64,000 nucleotides of DNA from Paragordius varius (Eukaryota > Animalia > Nematomorpha), in the NCBI GenBank assembly GCA_964247055.1, contig OZ176054.1, forward strand, positions 6,510,001-6,574,000. Reading direction: 5' to 3'. The position numbers and the translations under genes are program-made. This document shows positions 1 to 12,830 of the stretch, piece after piece (position 1 is the stretch's first letter; every line of letters begins with the position of its first letter). Under the pieces are notes generated by a model. That model did not search any database. It saw only the letters and a program-made list of their open reading frames with translations, and was not told where the DNA came from.

Positions 1-297
1 ATTTATATTAATTAATTTCGGTTCTAATTATGTACCATTCTTAACTCATGCCCTTACAAACATTAAAAGGAGCAAATTAAACGGTTACAAAAAATAAATG
101 ATACTGTTACATAATTGCAATAAATAATAGCACCAATCCAACTTGTCTTTTTTTATATAAAGCAGAGAAATATAACTAAAAAATACCTTCAAAAATTAAA
201 AATAATTTTAATACGATAAATGGGTATATTCATTTCTTATTTAAATACGATTAATTATATATAAATCACATTAATTTTTATAAAATTAAATAGAAAC

Positions 298-3200
298 CTC
301 AATTTGCTTTTCAAGTGCATCCAATAGTGTTTGACATATATTAAGTGCTTGTTGACTATGTTGCTCAAACTTAGTACGTAAGGCTGATCTATGGATACAA
401 AAACAGTAAATATTTTAAATAAAGAAATAAATTATCATAGAGTCTATAAAAAATTTAAAAATCATAACAATCAATGTAAGTTAAGAGGTAATTTAAAATT
501 TATATGAGTAGAATTATTTATTTGACATACTTGTGTTCTTAAGATCTTCATTGTTAAAAAATGCAAATTTAGTATCATGTGTATTAAAAAATTAATTTAT
601 ATGACACGTTAATCAAAATGGTAGTTTTATCTATAAAAATACCATTTAATAAAAAATGAATTATTCATAAGTGAAAAATCTACTTTGATATGCATTCCTG
701 AAACCGTTGTTCGAATCGTTTAAACTCATTGTATCGTTCCTCAAAATTTTCCCCGAAAGTTGGTGAGCTGGTGCCAGTACCTTGCAACATATTTGTTCGA
801 TGATATGAGATGGAATCACCATGGCAACCATCGATATTAGCGCCATTATTTGCTGTTTTATACTTAGTTTTTGCATCAGCTAAAAGTCCAGAACTAGCTA
901 GACTGGAATCAAGCAAACGTTTTTCCAAAACCTCTTTTGCCGAAATGAAAAAGATACGATCCTTCGATTCTTGCGGGTTGGAAAGAACGCCAAGTTCATT
1001 CAACAAAAAGTGGGTTATGCGTTCCGTGTGTTGCTTAACCACCTTGTGTAGTAAAAATATATGGTTAAATATAATATTTGTATATGAGCAAAGGAATAGG
1101 ATGTAACAGTTAACGTATTATTAAAGTATAAATAACATTTGTTTGTTGGATGATGAAAAGATTATACAACTTGTTAATTATTAAAATATAATGCTCACCA
1201 CTTAGATAAAAAATCCTTATTATACATATATAATATATTATATACATGTATTAGGAATAATTATACGTTAAGTAGATTATAAAAAACTTGAGAGTTGCAA
1301 AAACAGTCATATTAATTAATTACAGTTGAGATATATTTCATATATATTGTAGTCGTTATAAAAGGATCCACAACTTTGTTAAAAAATTAGCTTTCACCCA
1401 TTTTAGGTAAACTTCTACACAATATTATCGGATTATTAGAATCGATAAAACAGCAAAAAAGTAAAACATTTTTAATAGTACATAAAGAAGATGACTCACT
1501 TTATCCGTATAAGCCTTGTCGAATTGGGTTGAGGCGTCCCATCGATTATTGAGGACAAAAACATTTGGGCGACTCAGTTTGCTTGCGACTTTGTGGAAAA
1601 AGTTTTTTTCCGTTTGCATAATGGTGGATTCGGCATTTGCTACAAGGATAAAAACATCGGCATCTTGACAATACTTATCAATCCAAGCATCAACATCCGG
1701 GTTCACATCAATGCCTAAGAAAGAAAGAAAGAAAAAATAAAAATTGGTAAAAAAAATTATTTATTTGTTGGAATAAATTATTTATATTTAGTGTTCCGAA
1801 AGGGAACTTGGTAAAAAAATAAAGATTGAACATCTATTATGCTTTATATATATATGATAGAAACGATTCTTAGTTATAACAGTATTATTTATTTAAAATT
1901 AATTAATTTTATACAATATAATTAACATCGGTTTATGATCATATTCACCAAAATTAACGCTTATTAGCGTAAAAATAAAATTATTTTATATGCCATGGTA
2001 TCAGATTAATGTTTAAAATCATACCATCTCTCAAAATATTATCTTCAAAATTATTTTATTTTATTTAATTGCTCAAAATTACTCTATTTATACCGCATTA
2101 AAAAGTCTAAAAAAATTATTTTTAAAATCAAATATTAAATCAACCTGGACTATCGACCAAGATAACGTCATCCCTTAAGAGGGGACATTTATATTTTGGC
2201 CAACACACATGTACTAATAGGTCTTGAGAAAGTTTGTCTGATGTCAAAGCATTCGCCAATTGTTCAACATTGGCGATACTTTCTTTAACGAAACCGGAAT
2301 TATTATTAAAACCATTATTATTGCTATTGCTATTACAAGAATCATTTTCGGCATAAATGTATGGTTCATCCGAGGAATTTGCGATTGTTTTATCAGAACT
2401 CTATGTAAAGTAGAATATTTGATGTGGTTTTCAAAAATAGCCTTCAAATATACTTTACAACATGTATTTAACCAAACATTCCATATTTTTAGTTTTCATA
2501 ATTTCAAAAGTTGAGTACTTTGTCTTAAAGGATACATGCGTATATATATATATATATTAAAAATTAATTACCATTACCCCATTTCCGATGCCTTCAACTT
2601 GAACGAAACAATTTGTGGTGTGACCTATGCCAGCTGGCAAAACCTTTTGTCCCAACATGGCATTGATAACGGTACTTTTTCCATTGCTAGTGCGACCGAA
2701 AAAGACAACCTAAAAAATTTTAAGCGTCATTTTATGAACATTAGAAATGTTTATATATAAGATTGTAAACCATAAAAATTTGAGCGGATTGTGGTTGCAT
2801 GACTTAAAAAATATTTTAGATTTTATTTTTTTTTAATGTTTCCATTTTTATTTTTTATTTAAAAATTATTTATGGTTTCATATATTTCACAGCCACTGTC
2901 ATAATACATTTGGAATAAATGAATAAATAAACAACAAACGGTATTATACTTTTCTATCTAAATAACATAGTAATCAAAACAGAAAACAATTTAAAAGACC
3001 GAAAAAATTAGATTAAATATTTGAAAAAAAAAGATTCTGTTTTCTGTAAATAAAGTATTTATTTAGAGACCTTCATGTGATTACGTCCCAATATTCCGAT
3101 GATCTTTTGCAATTTATCACCAGTTTGCGAATAAATATACTTTTCATCATTTGCTTCTGGCAAATTAATTTTATCAAAAGTCTTGAGTAAATAAATGATG

Positions 3201-3339
3201 ATAAATATACCTTTAAAAAGTCAATTAATGCCGCATTGTATTCAAACAAATTATTGTATATTTCAAAAATATCTTTCTTAGCGATGACAAATAGTTTTAG
3301 AGGGGAATCATCGATCCCACTTAAATTGCCTTGTCGCAT
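298..3339 (-). CDS. MFN: Mitofusin (Marf/fzo-like dynamin-family GTPase), 3' incomplete. Exons: 3339-3211, 3181-3071, 2709-2578 (or 2572), 2400-2145, 1714-1500, 1042-684, 388-298; continues beyond window start
   Basis: Spliced translation gives [32 protein letters not shown] (G1 P-loop), [21 protein letters not shown] (G3), [21 protein letters not shown] (G4) and [17 protein letters not shown]. All junctions are GT-AG with consistent phases. Confidence 0.96.
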
Positions 3340-3405
3340 TCTGTTAAATGAATGTAACGCGACAATTTTAAATTTTTAAATCGTTCGGTACAACAAGATA
3401 ATTTG
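3340..3405. promoter_or_regulatory. 66-bp head-to-head interval between the mitofusin and NudCD3-like start codons (probable bidirectional promoter or overlapping 5' UTRs)
   Basis: Divergent ATGs at 3339 (-) and 3406 (+). Regulatory role is inferred from geometry only. Confidence 0.45.
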
Positions 3406-5497
3406 ATGAAAAATATTGTTCAGTATAAGGATCTTACTTTGTATGATGACCCTAAAAAGTAAATAACAATTGTTATAAATCAGAAATCAAGCTATATTTC
3501 AAAAATATCCTGAAAGTTATAATGGTGCAATAAGACAATCGTTTGTATGGACGCAAACTCATAATGATGCTGACCTGAGAATCTATGTTCCAAATGATAT
3601 TAATTCATCCAAAAATTTAAAAATTGAGTTAAATACAAACGGTGTAATAATTTTTATAAATAACACTAAAGTATAATTGTTTGAATATTAGTTTTTTGAT
3701 AAAACATTTTATGGACCAATTAAAGCCGATGAATCCTTTTGGACCTTAATACCTTCCGATCATATACACGTAAGTGTGGGTTAACATTTGCATATTAATT
3801 AGCTTAAAATCACATACTATAAATTATATACCAATACCAATATACATGTTTACTCTCTAGTTTATGGTCCTATTTAGATTCGGATATAATAAAAACGACA
3901 ATTTATCATATAATATGGTGTGAACGCAATATTTAAATATTTTTTATCAAAAATAAATGATTTAAATTATTAATAAATATATTTTAATTTGTAGATTAAT
4001 TTGGAAAAACACGATTGCAAAATTTGGTCAAAAATGTTTGTGGATGAACCTCCAATTGCTATGGACGCATTGGAATTGGTTCAGGATATAGATGATTTGC
4101 CTGATGAAGAACATGACACCCTATCGCGACTAATGTATGATACACAACAAAAACAGATGGGGAAACCCACTTCGAAACAACAGGTTTTTCTATAAATTAA
4201 TTACATAAGGTATCTCTAACTGGGATTTTTATATATTAAATTACCTAAGGGAGATCTAAAATTTTTATGTTTATATAACACTTCAAATCAAATAAAAACA
4301 CTAATTGTTATTCAGTCCACTTATTGGGCATTGGATTCGTTTAGGATGCGTGCCATTAATCAGAAATTAATAACTGAAGCGCAAATCGTATATCATCGAC
4401 GTCAGCCCTGAGCAATCAATTCTTAAAGCTTTTATGAATCTAATCTTTAAATAAAAGTAAAAACTATTCATTTCTATATTATAAGTTAGTTTTCCAATTA
4501 TATGTATGATACACAAACACGATACTAGTCTTCAAATCCTAATGAAAAAGATTATCACAAATCATTTATTAAATTTTCTGAATTTTGGTACAAATATAAA
4601 ATAGGTAAAGGTTTTCCTTTTTTTATCATTGTGCTCGCTAACTTAGTTACATTTCAATGTTGATGTATGTTTATATAATTATAAATATAAATACTCTACC
4701 TACCGCTTATAAATTCAGTTAATAATGATCGTAAGTCATTATTATCACTATATTTATTGATGTATTACAATTAGCACACAACAAGCTAGTTTTAATTTCA
4801 TACAATACTCCAAAAGGGAGGAATAATGCATTCAATGACTACTATATCGTTAACATAGAAAAAAATTTCTTACATTATACATATAATAATTATAATGAAA
4901 ATGCGCAGCTATATATTTTATGTTTAACCGAAGAATTTGTCTGGACGCTTTCATATAATTAGGATTAAATTGATGTTTAATTGCTATAAAAATTATGATT
5001 TGGCCCGACCACTTATGAATGCATCAAAACAGACCGACCTATTACCACAGCCGTAACAGTAATATTTGATAAAATTTCTATAACTATAATTTGCTGAGAT
5101 TTTACCTATATGTGGCTTATTTTTTTACGGTTTAGTCATTTGTCAGACTCAACAGAAGATTAAATATGTTTAATTGCAAATGTTTGGAAATTGGATGGGG
5201 GAACTTTGTTTTTATGTGCGGGCCATAAACTCCCTTAAATTTATTAATTTTAAAAAAAATTAGCCATTTATGATTGATTTTATAGTTATTATAAGCGTAC
5301 AACAGCGCCAAATATTTTTGACGTTTTTTAAATATTCTTAAAGAATTATCCAACATTTGTATATAATTTGCCATAATTTAAGATTAAAAACATGTTTTTT
5401 ACAGATGCTCGAAAGTAAATTGAGAGAAGCATGGGACAAACCTGGGTCACCGTTTGCTGGAACGCCGTTTGACATCACAAAAATAAATATTTCATAA
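3406..5497 (+). CDS. NUDCD3: NudC domain-containing protein 3-like (CS domain co-chaperone), ~199 aa. Exons: 3406-3458, 3484-3670, 3692-3769, 3995-4183, 5405-5497
   Basis: FQKYPESYNGAIRQSFVWTQ, IKADESFWTL, LSRLMYDTQQKQMGKPTS and LREAWDKPGSPFAGTPFD match the NudCD3 signature segments as I recall them (FQKNPDSYNGAVRENYTWSQ; KKGWDAEGSPFRGQRFD). The first exon and start codon are not homology-supported. Confidence 0.88.
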
Positions 5498-6311
5498 TGT
5501 TTTTCAACTTATAATAAAACAATTAATATTGTACAAATATATTTTCTTGGATTCATTATTGAATAATTTAGCTAGCTCTTTATAGAAAGTCAAGAGATAA
5601 AGCGTACGAAGAAAAAAGGTTGTCTGAGAATATTGATTTTTTTTTTGCTTTTATGTAGGCTCATAAGCATTGCTGGCATAATAAGAAATCCGAGTTTATG
5701 TTACGAAATATTCAGCACATATTACCGTGCCAAATTTGGTGGCCAAAATCTGTTTTTTATTCGCTCTTTGTCACACAAGAAAAAGAGAGGTTAAATCCTA
5801 TTTCGACTGACAGCAAAAGAAGATTGATAATATACTCTATATGTGTATCCTTTCATAAATATTGTTACGTAATATTATAAAAATATTTATTCTTTGTCTA
5901 TATTTTTGCTATTTAATAACGATTATCATAATAATGGTACTGTAACATAGGAATTACTACATTTATATATGTATATGTGTGTGTTGAATTGAAAATCATT
6001 AATTATTTTTAAACTTATATTATATAATATCATAATATAATTAACCACAAATGAGCATTTCGTATAAAAGTTTTTTTATATATATTGTTTCGTTATTGAC
6101 GCATGTATTGTCGTCTCACACACAATGTGTGATACTGTTAGGTACAAATATTTCTGTTGTCCAATTTGTATAGCATACATATATTTAATAAATATCATAT
6201 GAGGGACAAATATACTGTAAGTTTTATTTTTGGTTATTAATCAATGTTTGAATGTAATTGTGTTTCATTTAAATATAAACTGGTAGGTATAAAATGGGAT
6301 ACGGGGTATAA

Positions 6312-7137
6312 CTAACAATTTTTCAACATGTTGAGATAAATGGTTTGACAAGGTCTATGCAATTCCAAAACATGTTTCGCATCACGTAAACTGAACCATT
6401 TTCGTTTTCGACCTATATTTATATATACATATTGATTATTCAATTATAGATGATATACATATAATAGAAAAATATATATTAGAATACAAATTAATATAGT
6501 ACCAAGTTTCAGTGATTCTTCCCAACATGGTAACTCTTCTTTGACCATAAACACATACACGTATGTTCTATGTTTTCTTTCGGAATTCTATGGTTAAATA
6601 TTGTTTATTAGATATATTTTAGGGAGTTTTTAGCCCACAACTACCTTATAAATATTTAAACACAGGAATATTTTTGAAAAAAATGTCGTATTGCACTAAC
6701 GATAGTTTTATTTTGACAATGCTAGTTGCATAACTATTTTTAATCATAACTTCATAATACTATAAAATATGTTATAAGTAGGAAAAAATTAAAATAATTT
6801 TAGATATTAAAAATACCTCGAATACACCCAAACATCTACCAAGTTGCCCCCTAATTCCAGCTTCTTCAAAAACTTCCCGAGAAGCAGCGGACATAGGATC
6901 TTCATGTGGTTCGACCCCTCCACCAGGTATTACCCAATGTTCAGGGCTTCGACTACTCGTAACTAACAAAATCTAAAAATATATTATTAAAGATAGGTTT
7001 TTAAATTAATAGGGATAAAAAATAAAAATAATACTAACCTCAGATTCGGTTTCATTCCTTACGCACACGCAAGCTGCCCGCTGTCTAAAACCATCTTCAT
7101 CGTATATTCGAGATTGGGCACACTTGTTCTTTACCAT
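6312..7137 (-). CDS. NUDT3: Diphosphoinositol polyphosphate phosphohydrolase (DIPP; NUDT3/4/10/11, Aps-like Nudix hydrolase). Exons: 7137-7039, 6972-6817, 6587-6503, 6412-6312
   Basis: RIYDEDGFRQRAACVCVR, LLVTSSR, Nudix box GGGVEPHEDPMSAASREVFEEAG, RKHRTYVY, WEESLKLGRKRKWF. Junction phases are consistent; TAG stop at 6314-6312. Confidence 0.95.
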
Positions 7138-7529
7138 AATATTATTAATTTTGAACGAAAGTTTTTGTCATAATTTAAAAATGTAAAATAAATCATTGAA
7201 AAAGTGGTAAGTGATGTAAAGTAGATTAAGTGGACATATTATAAAAGGTGCGGAACATATTTCAAATATAAAAAAAGATCTAAGCAACTGCAGGATATAA
7301 ATGGATATGCATGGACAAAGATTTCTCTGTTTAGCAATAATTAAATATTTCAAGAAAATATTTTAACTAATATGATGTAAACGAAATTGTTAGAAATTTA
7401 TATTCCCATATCCTTTCTTAAGTTGGAGAAGCTGACGACCCTAGTATAAAAAATACAACCATTTTCTATATTAAATATACAGCATAAATTTGCCGCTATA
7501 TAATATAAAAGCACTAAAGCAAATATTAT

Positions 7530-8101
7530 TACTTGGATACAACACATTCATTTTAGTCCTTCGATTCAAATTGGGGTAGTTAAATACTCCAGGGGTGTTT
7601 AAAATTAAATTCTTTAAAAAATTACAGTAATCAAAACCATGGCAAAATTTTGCACTTATATAACATTAATAAACCAAAATATATAAAAAATTGTATTCAA
7701 AAATACTTGATATAACTTATTTTAAGCTAAAACTGAAAGGTAAAAATTTAGTCCACGTAACATGTGTGCAAGAGTAAAATTGAAAAATAATACAAAATAA
7801 TCCGCTTTATCGTTTTCTATCAATGTTAGATGTAATTTAAATAAATAATTAGCTTTAATTCTACCCTTAAAATTAAATGAAGACGCTATTAATATTTGCA
7901 AAATATAGATGGCGTCGAAGTAGTTGGACATTATACTTTTTTATCAAAACAAAATTTTATGTAGATATTTTGGCATATTTATATAATTTTTATCAGGTTA
8001 GAAGCATAAATTTAAATTGGGACCGATTCCTTCGGTAGTTTTTTTTAAAAATCCTAACTCTAATTATGGGGTATTTAGATATCCCAATTTGAATCGAAGT
8101 G
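7530..8101 (-). mobile_element. TTAA-associated piggyBac-like MITE, family A, copy 1 (reverse orientation)
   Basis: Ends ACTTGGATAC...CTTCGATTCAAATTGGGG and CCCAATTTGAATCGAAGTG followed by TTAA (8102-8105). Interior is homologous to copies at 8509, 12300 and 13516. Confidence 0.8.
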
Positions 8102-8508
8102 TTAAAGAGGACATGATATTTTTTATGGTGTAACCAAAAATTTGGACAATGAGTTAAAATAATATTGCATTACCTCTTTTTGGTAGTCCATTGTTATGTA
8201 ATTTAAATTCCTAAAAATTTATAAAATAAAAAACAGTATTTAACTTAAAAAATAAATATGTTGGGGTTCCAGACGCCGTATTTTAAGCGTTTGTTAATTT
8301 GTCATTATACAAATAATAATATTACCATTTTCATTCATTTTTATTTCATGCACGATAATGTTTTGAAATATTTTTATATTCCTAAGCTTTATCTTGATAA
8401 TTAACTAATGTTTAGAATTTTATTATCGAACATTGTTCTCCTGTCTTTTATTAAAAGCTCACATTTACAGTTTTTTAACTTCTAGAAAAAAAGACAGCTT
8501 CATATTAA

Positions 8509-9013
8509 CACTTCGATTTAAATTGGGATATCTAACCCCACACTAAATTTATATTAATAATAATAAAAAACTACTGAAGGAAATTGTCGATCAATTTTAT
8601 GCTTCTATCCAAAAACTTACATAAAAATGTAAAAATATCTAGATAATTTATTTTGATAAAAAAGTTACATGTCAAACTATATCGACGCCATTTTTATAAA
8701 TAGAGTTTTCAATTAATTTTTTTAAAAAAATTTAAACTAATTTTTTATTTAAATTACATTTAATATTGATAGAAATAGAAAAAGTGGTTTATTTTGTATT
8801 ATTTTTTAATTTAGCCATTTTTACCTTTAAGTTTCACATATGTATAAGTAATATCAAGTTATTTTTAATAAAATTTTTTATATATTTCGGTTTATCAATG
8901 TATAAGTGCAAACTTTTGCCATGGTTCAGATTCCTTCCATATTTTTAAAGTATTTTATTTTAAATAGGCCTGAGGTATCCAACTACCCCAATTTGAATCG
9001 AAGTATCCAATAG
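8509..9013 (+). mobile_element. piggyBac-like MITE, family A, copy 2
   Basis: TTAA (8505-8508) then CACTTCGATTTAAATTGGG; right end CCCCAATTTGAATCGAAG with the spacer deleted, then TTAA near 9014. Confidence 0.8.
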
Positions 9014-9292
9014 TTAAAAAAAGCTGGTTTTTAAATCAATAATTTGAGTTTTTGCTGGTAAATGACCTAAAAAAATTAATAATTATAGAATTCCAGGATA
9101 TATATTTATTTTGTGTTAGTTATTTATCACTTGGGAACAACGTATTCATTTCAGTCTTACGAAATGAGGTAGTTAGATACCCCAGATTGTTTAAATATAA
9201 ATATTTTAAAAAATATGGAATAAATACCATGGCAAAAATTTACACTATAAGATTAATGAACCGAATAAAAATTTCATTCATAAATATTTATT

Positions 9293-11300
9293 ACTAGCTG
9301 GCCCTGTCACGCTTAGCTGTGACGTTGCCCCACCGATATAATTATTCTTAATTATTTATAAAGATAAAAAAAATAAAAAACATATATACTAAAAAGAATG
9401 TTTTTAATTATTCTTTTACGAATTTTTGCATAGGCTTAAATATTGTTTATATGAAACTGACCATATTCAAACTATCCCTTATTAAAGTTAATATTCAACT
9501 ATCATTGGATTAATTTTAGGATTTTCGTTTTACGAAAGCTTGGTTAAAAGTTTCATTTTCAAATTGTGTCAGATGAGATCGAGGGTTATAAAAAGTAAAT
9601 CATTCGTGGTCCCTTTTTAAAGGATAAAATTATATATTAGAAATTCCCCAGAAAAGTGTTTAACAGAACTCGTATGGCTTCTTAAGTTTTTTGAAAATTA
9701 GCTCCAAAACGCCAATATGGTATGACGTCTCAGTTTTAAACCAGTAAACCCTTATTCATAAACCTTAATGGAAAAAGCGCTGAGTTAAATTCTTTGCCTT
9801 TATAGGGCAAATATTTGGAATCATCTTTGATACCATCGTCTCATGGGTTAAAAAATACCTTAACACTAAATAATCGTTATATGATGGCGTATTTTTAGGG
9901 CAGAAAGGCCCCACGGGTAATAAAAAGCCTGACCTTATTTTTTACCTAGTTACGGGTGATATTTCAAGCTTTTAATGAGCTCATATGGCTTCATAAATTT
10001 TCTGTAAATTAGCTCCAAAACAACGCAATTTCTATATAGTAGAGCAGTTTTTGGCGCGTACCTCCTCACCCAGGGGTAGGTATATTAAAGCGCTGAATAA
10101 AATTTTTGCTATCTGGTATTATCATGGCCATATGTTCCCATTGGTCTCATAGGTTTTCTGAAATTAGGCTGGTGACGCAGTTTTACGCGGGTAGCCCCTA
10201 ACCAGGCGCGAGACAAAAAAACGCTTGATTAAGATTTTTGCTTTAATTCGGGTAATACCTGGAGTCATGATTGATTTAATATGCTATCGTGGGGTTTTCG
10301 AAAAATTGCCTCAAAAAAATCATTCTATGGCGGTGCATTTTTAGGGCCAGGGCCTAATTAAGAGGTAATTTGATACAACTAACTCTACTTATTTTTGCCT
10401 TTTTACGGATAATATTTCAGGCCCTATTAAACTTACGTGGCTATGTTTTATGAAAAATAATTATTAAACAACGCGATTTCGATTTGGTGGTGCAGTTTTA
10501 GGCTGATACAAAGAAAGCGCTTCATTAAAGTTTTTGTCTTTTTACGGAGAGTACCTGGAATCATGATTGATTCCATATGTTCTCATTAGTTTTTAAAAAA
10601 ATTGCCTCAAAACTTAAAAATAATTGTGTGGTGGCGCATTTTTCAGGGCGGGAAGGGTCTAATTAACGGCTAATTCTCGACCTAAATTTTTGCCTTGTTA
10701 CGGGTAATTTTTAAGCAGCTATTGAACTCATATGGCCTAATAATTTTTCTGCAATTTAAAAGGCACGCTATCTCAATATGACGGGGCAGTTTTTAGCGGG
10801 TATCTCCTTAGCCAGCAGCCAATATAAAAAACGCAAGACTAAAATTTTTGCCTTTTAGCAGAGAACACCTGGAATCCAAACTTTTACGGTCATATACTCT
10901 GGGCGAAAATTAGATTCAAAAAGTTTTTTTGGGCACTTAATTTTTTAAAAATAAATGGCATTTTACGGGGGGAGCGGGTAAAAAGAGAGCCTAATTTAAA
11001 AAAGGGAGCCGACCATGTTTGGCGCAATCAAAAAAAAGTAAAAAAAATTATATTTGAAGTCGAATGGTCCAACACGTTTTCCGGAAAATTGTCTCGAAGC
11101 CACGATTTTTGTGGACTTGTGTTTTCAAAAAAACCGTTTTTACACGGGGCGGGCCCATGGGGGCCTAATGCAAAAAAGAGCGAAGGTCGGGACATTCATT
11201 TATGATTATATTTTTTTGACATTTGGATTTGATTGAGCCTACCAATTTTCCGGAAACAGATCACAAAACCAGCATTTTCCATTTTTATAAATATGTAGAT
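9293..11300 (+). mobile_element. Non-autonomous Helitron/Helentron-type (Lep1/DINE-like) element, ~2 kb
   Basis: 5' end ACTAGCTGGCCC with hairpin GTCAC-GCTTAGCT-GTGAC; 3' end TTTTATAAATATGTAGAT; T-rich flanks; no TIR or TSD; interrupts a MITE. Family assignment is by resemblance of the ends only. Confidence 0.6.
9640..10900. repeat. Degenerate ~150-bp tandem array (~9 units, two alternating variants) inside the Helitron-type element
   Basis: Core TTTTTGCCTT(T/G)TTACGG recurs near 9800, 9950, 10100, 10248, 10405, 10545, 10700 and 10855, followed by either TAATATTTCAAGC or AGAGTACCTGGAATCATG. Confidence 0.75.
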
Positions 11301-12299
11301 TACTTATTCAGGAGTAACACTGAAATGCGAAAAAGCCAAGATGACATGCGTGCATAAGCAAAATATACCTATTCTGTTTATATCATTGTTAAATGTGATT
11401 TTAATAAAAAAGTAAAATTTATTTTAGGCTTAGAATCAAATAAATACGATATTTTGCAAAAATGCGGCAAAATAAAAATGGCGTCCAAGTAGTTGGATAC
11501 GGGACTTTTACTCCAAAACTATATTTAGATATTTTGGCTTATTTATATAAATTTTATTAGGATAGAAGCATAATTTTAAATTGGTGGGCCTTTCATTAGT
11601 TTTAGAAAAATATAAAACTAATAATTGTCTGCGGTATTTAGATACCGCAATTAATCAAGTTTAAATATTAAAAAAATATGGCGTCGGATTGATGAAGAGG
11701 GTTATTCGTTTTACATTTTTCGAAAAAAAAATTTTGAAGCATTTTAAAAGACTAAGAAGGCATATTCTTAAATTTATAATAACACAAATACTTTTTAAGA
11801 TGTTAAAATTTTAATTCGCTTTGAGATATAGAACTCACCCAAGGTATGGGAGTGTTGTGGAAAAAAATAGCTTTCTAAAGTTTTTAGGTCTGAAATTCAA
11901 TACACTTTAATCGAGATAAATCATTGATATTTATATCTATAATTTGCAGTCAAAGGCAATTTACACTTTTAAATTAATTAGTATTATGATATGATTTTAT
12001 ATGCCACTATTTTAGATTAAAAAATAAATTCAAAAATATATTTTGGCGGCAAAAATATTTCGTTATTTTAAATGATTTATCATAGTACCTTTTACAATAA
12101 TTTTCGGCGAAGTAAAAAATTGCACAAAATTTGTTGTCAAAAAGTTTCATGTAATTTTTTAATTATAAATATTTTTTAAAAATAATGGCCTAAAAGGCCT
12201 GCAATAACATTTAATTTTTACAGCTTTTCCCCTTTTTTAGCCATTCTAAATAGATATGGATTAAAGACTGTGGGATCAAAAATTATATAATATTTTTAA

Positions 12300-12830
12300 C
12301 ACTTCAATAATTGGGGTATCTAAATGGCATTTTTAAATAACTACTGAAGGAAACTGTCCTAATTTAATATGCATCTATCCTAATAATTATATAAATAAGC
12401 CAAAATATTTAGATAAAATCTTGTTATGAAAAAAAAAGTTCCACGTCAAACTACCTCGATGCCATTTTTATTTTACAAAAGTTTTGCAAATATCGTCTTC
12501 ATTTTATTTTAAGGGTAAAATTAAAGCTAATTTTTTATTTAAATTACATAGAAAGTAAAAAAAGTGGTGTATTTTGTATATTTTACAATTTACCGATGCA
12601 CGCCTGTTAGGTTGACTAAATTTATACATTTGGGTTATACATTAAAATTAATAATATTTTTAAATTTTAAATAATAATTTGTATATATTTCGGTTTATTT
12701 ATGATATATAAGTGCACAATTTTGCCATGGTTTCAATTCCTTCCATAATTTATAAAGTATTTAATTTTAATCAGGCCTGGGTTATCTAACTACCCAATTT
12801 GAATCGAGGACTGAAATGAATGTGTTGTAT
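12300..12830 (+). mobile_element. piggyBac-like MITE, family A, copy 4 (right end truncated)
   Basis: TTAA-CACTTCAATAATTGGGGTATCTAAAT ... CCCAATTTGAATCGAGGACTGAAATGAATGTGTTGTA. Confidence 0.75.

Larger units (their letters stand above)
9128..11665 (-). mobile_element. piggyBac-like MITE, family A, copy 3, split by the Helitron-type insertion
   Basis: 9128-9290 matches one half of family A; about 11380-11665 matches the other half (AAAATGGCGTCCAAGTAGTTGGA...GGTATTTAGATACC). Boundaries approximate. Confidence 0.65.

Noticed and set aside
4001-4195. Stand-alone 64-aa ORF, briefly considered a V-ATPase subunit fragment
   Set aside because: It is exon 4 of the NudCD3-like gene.
4305-4430. GC-richer patch in NudCD3 intron 4 as a snoRNA
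   Set aside because: It has a CTGA and weak hairpins but no convincing C box or terminal ACA box; it needs an Infernal/Rfam search.
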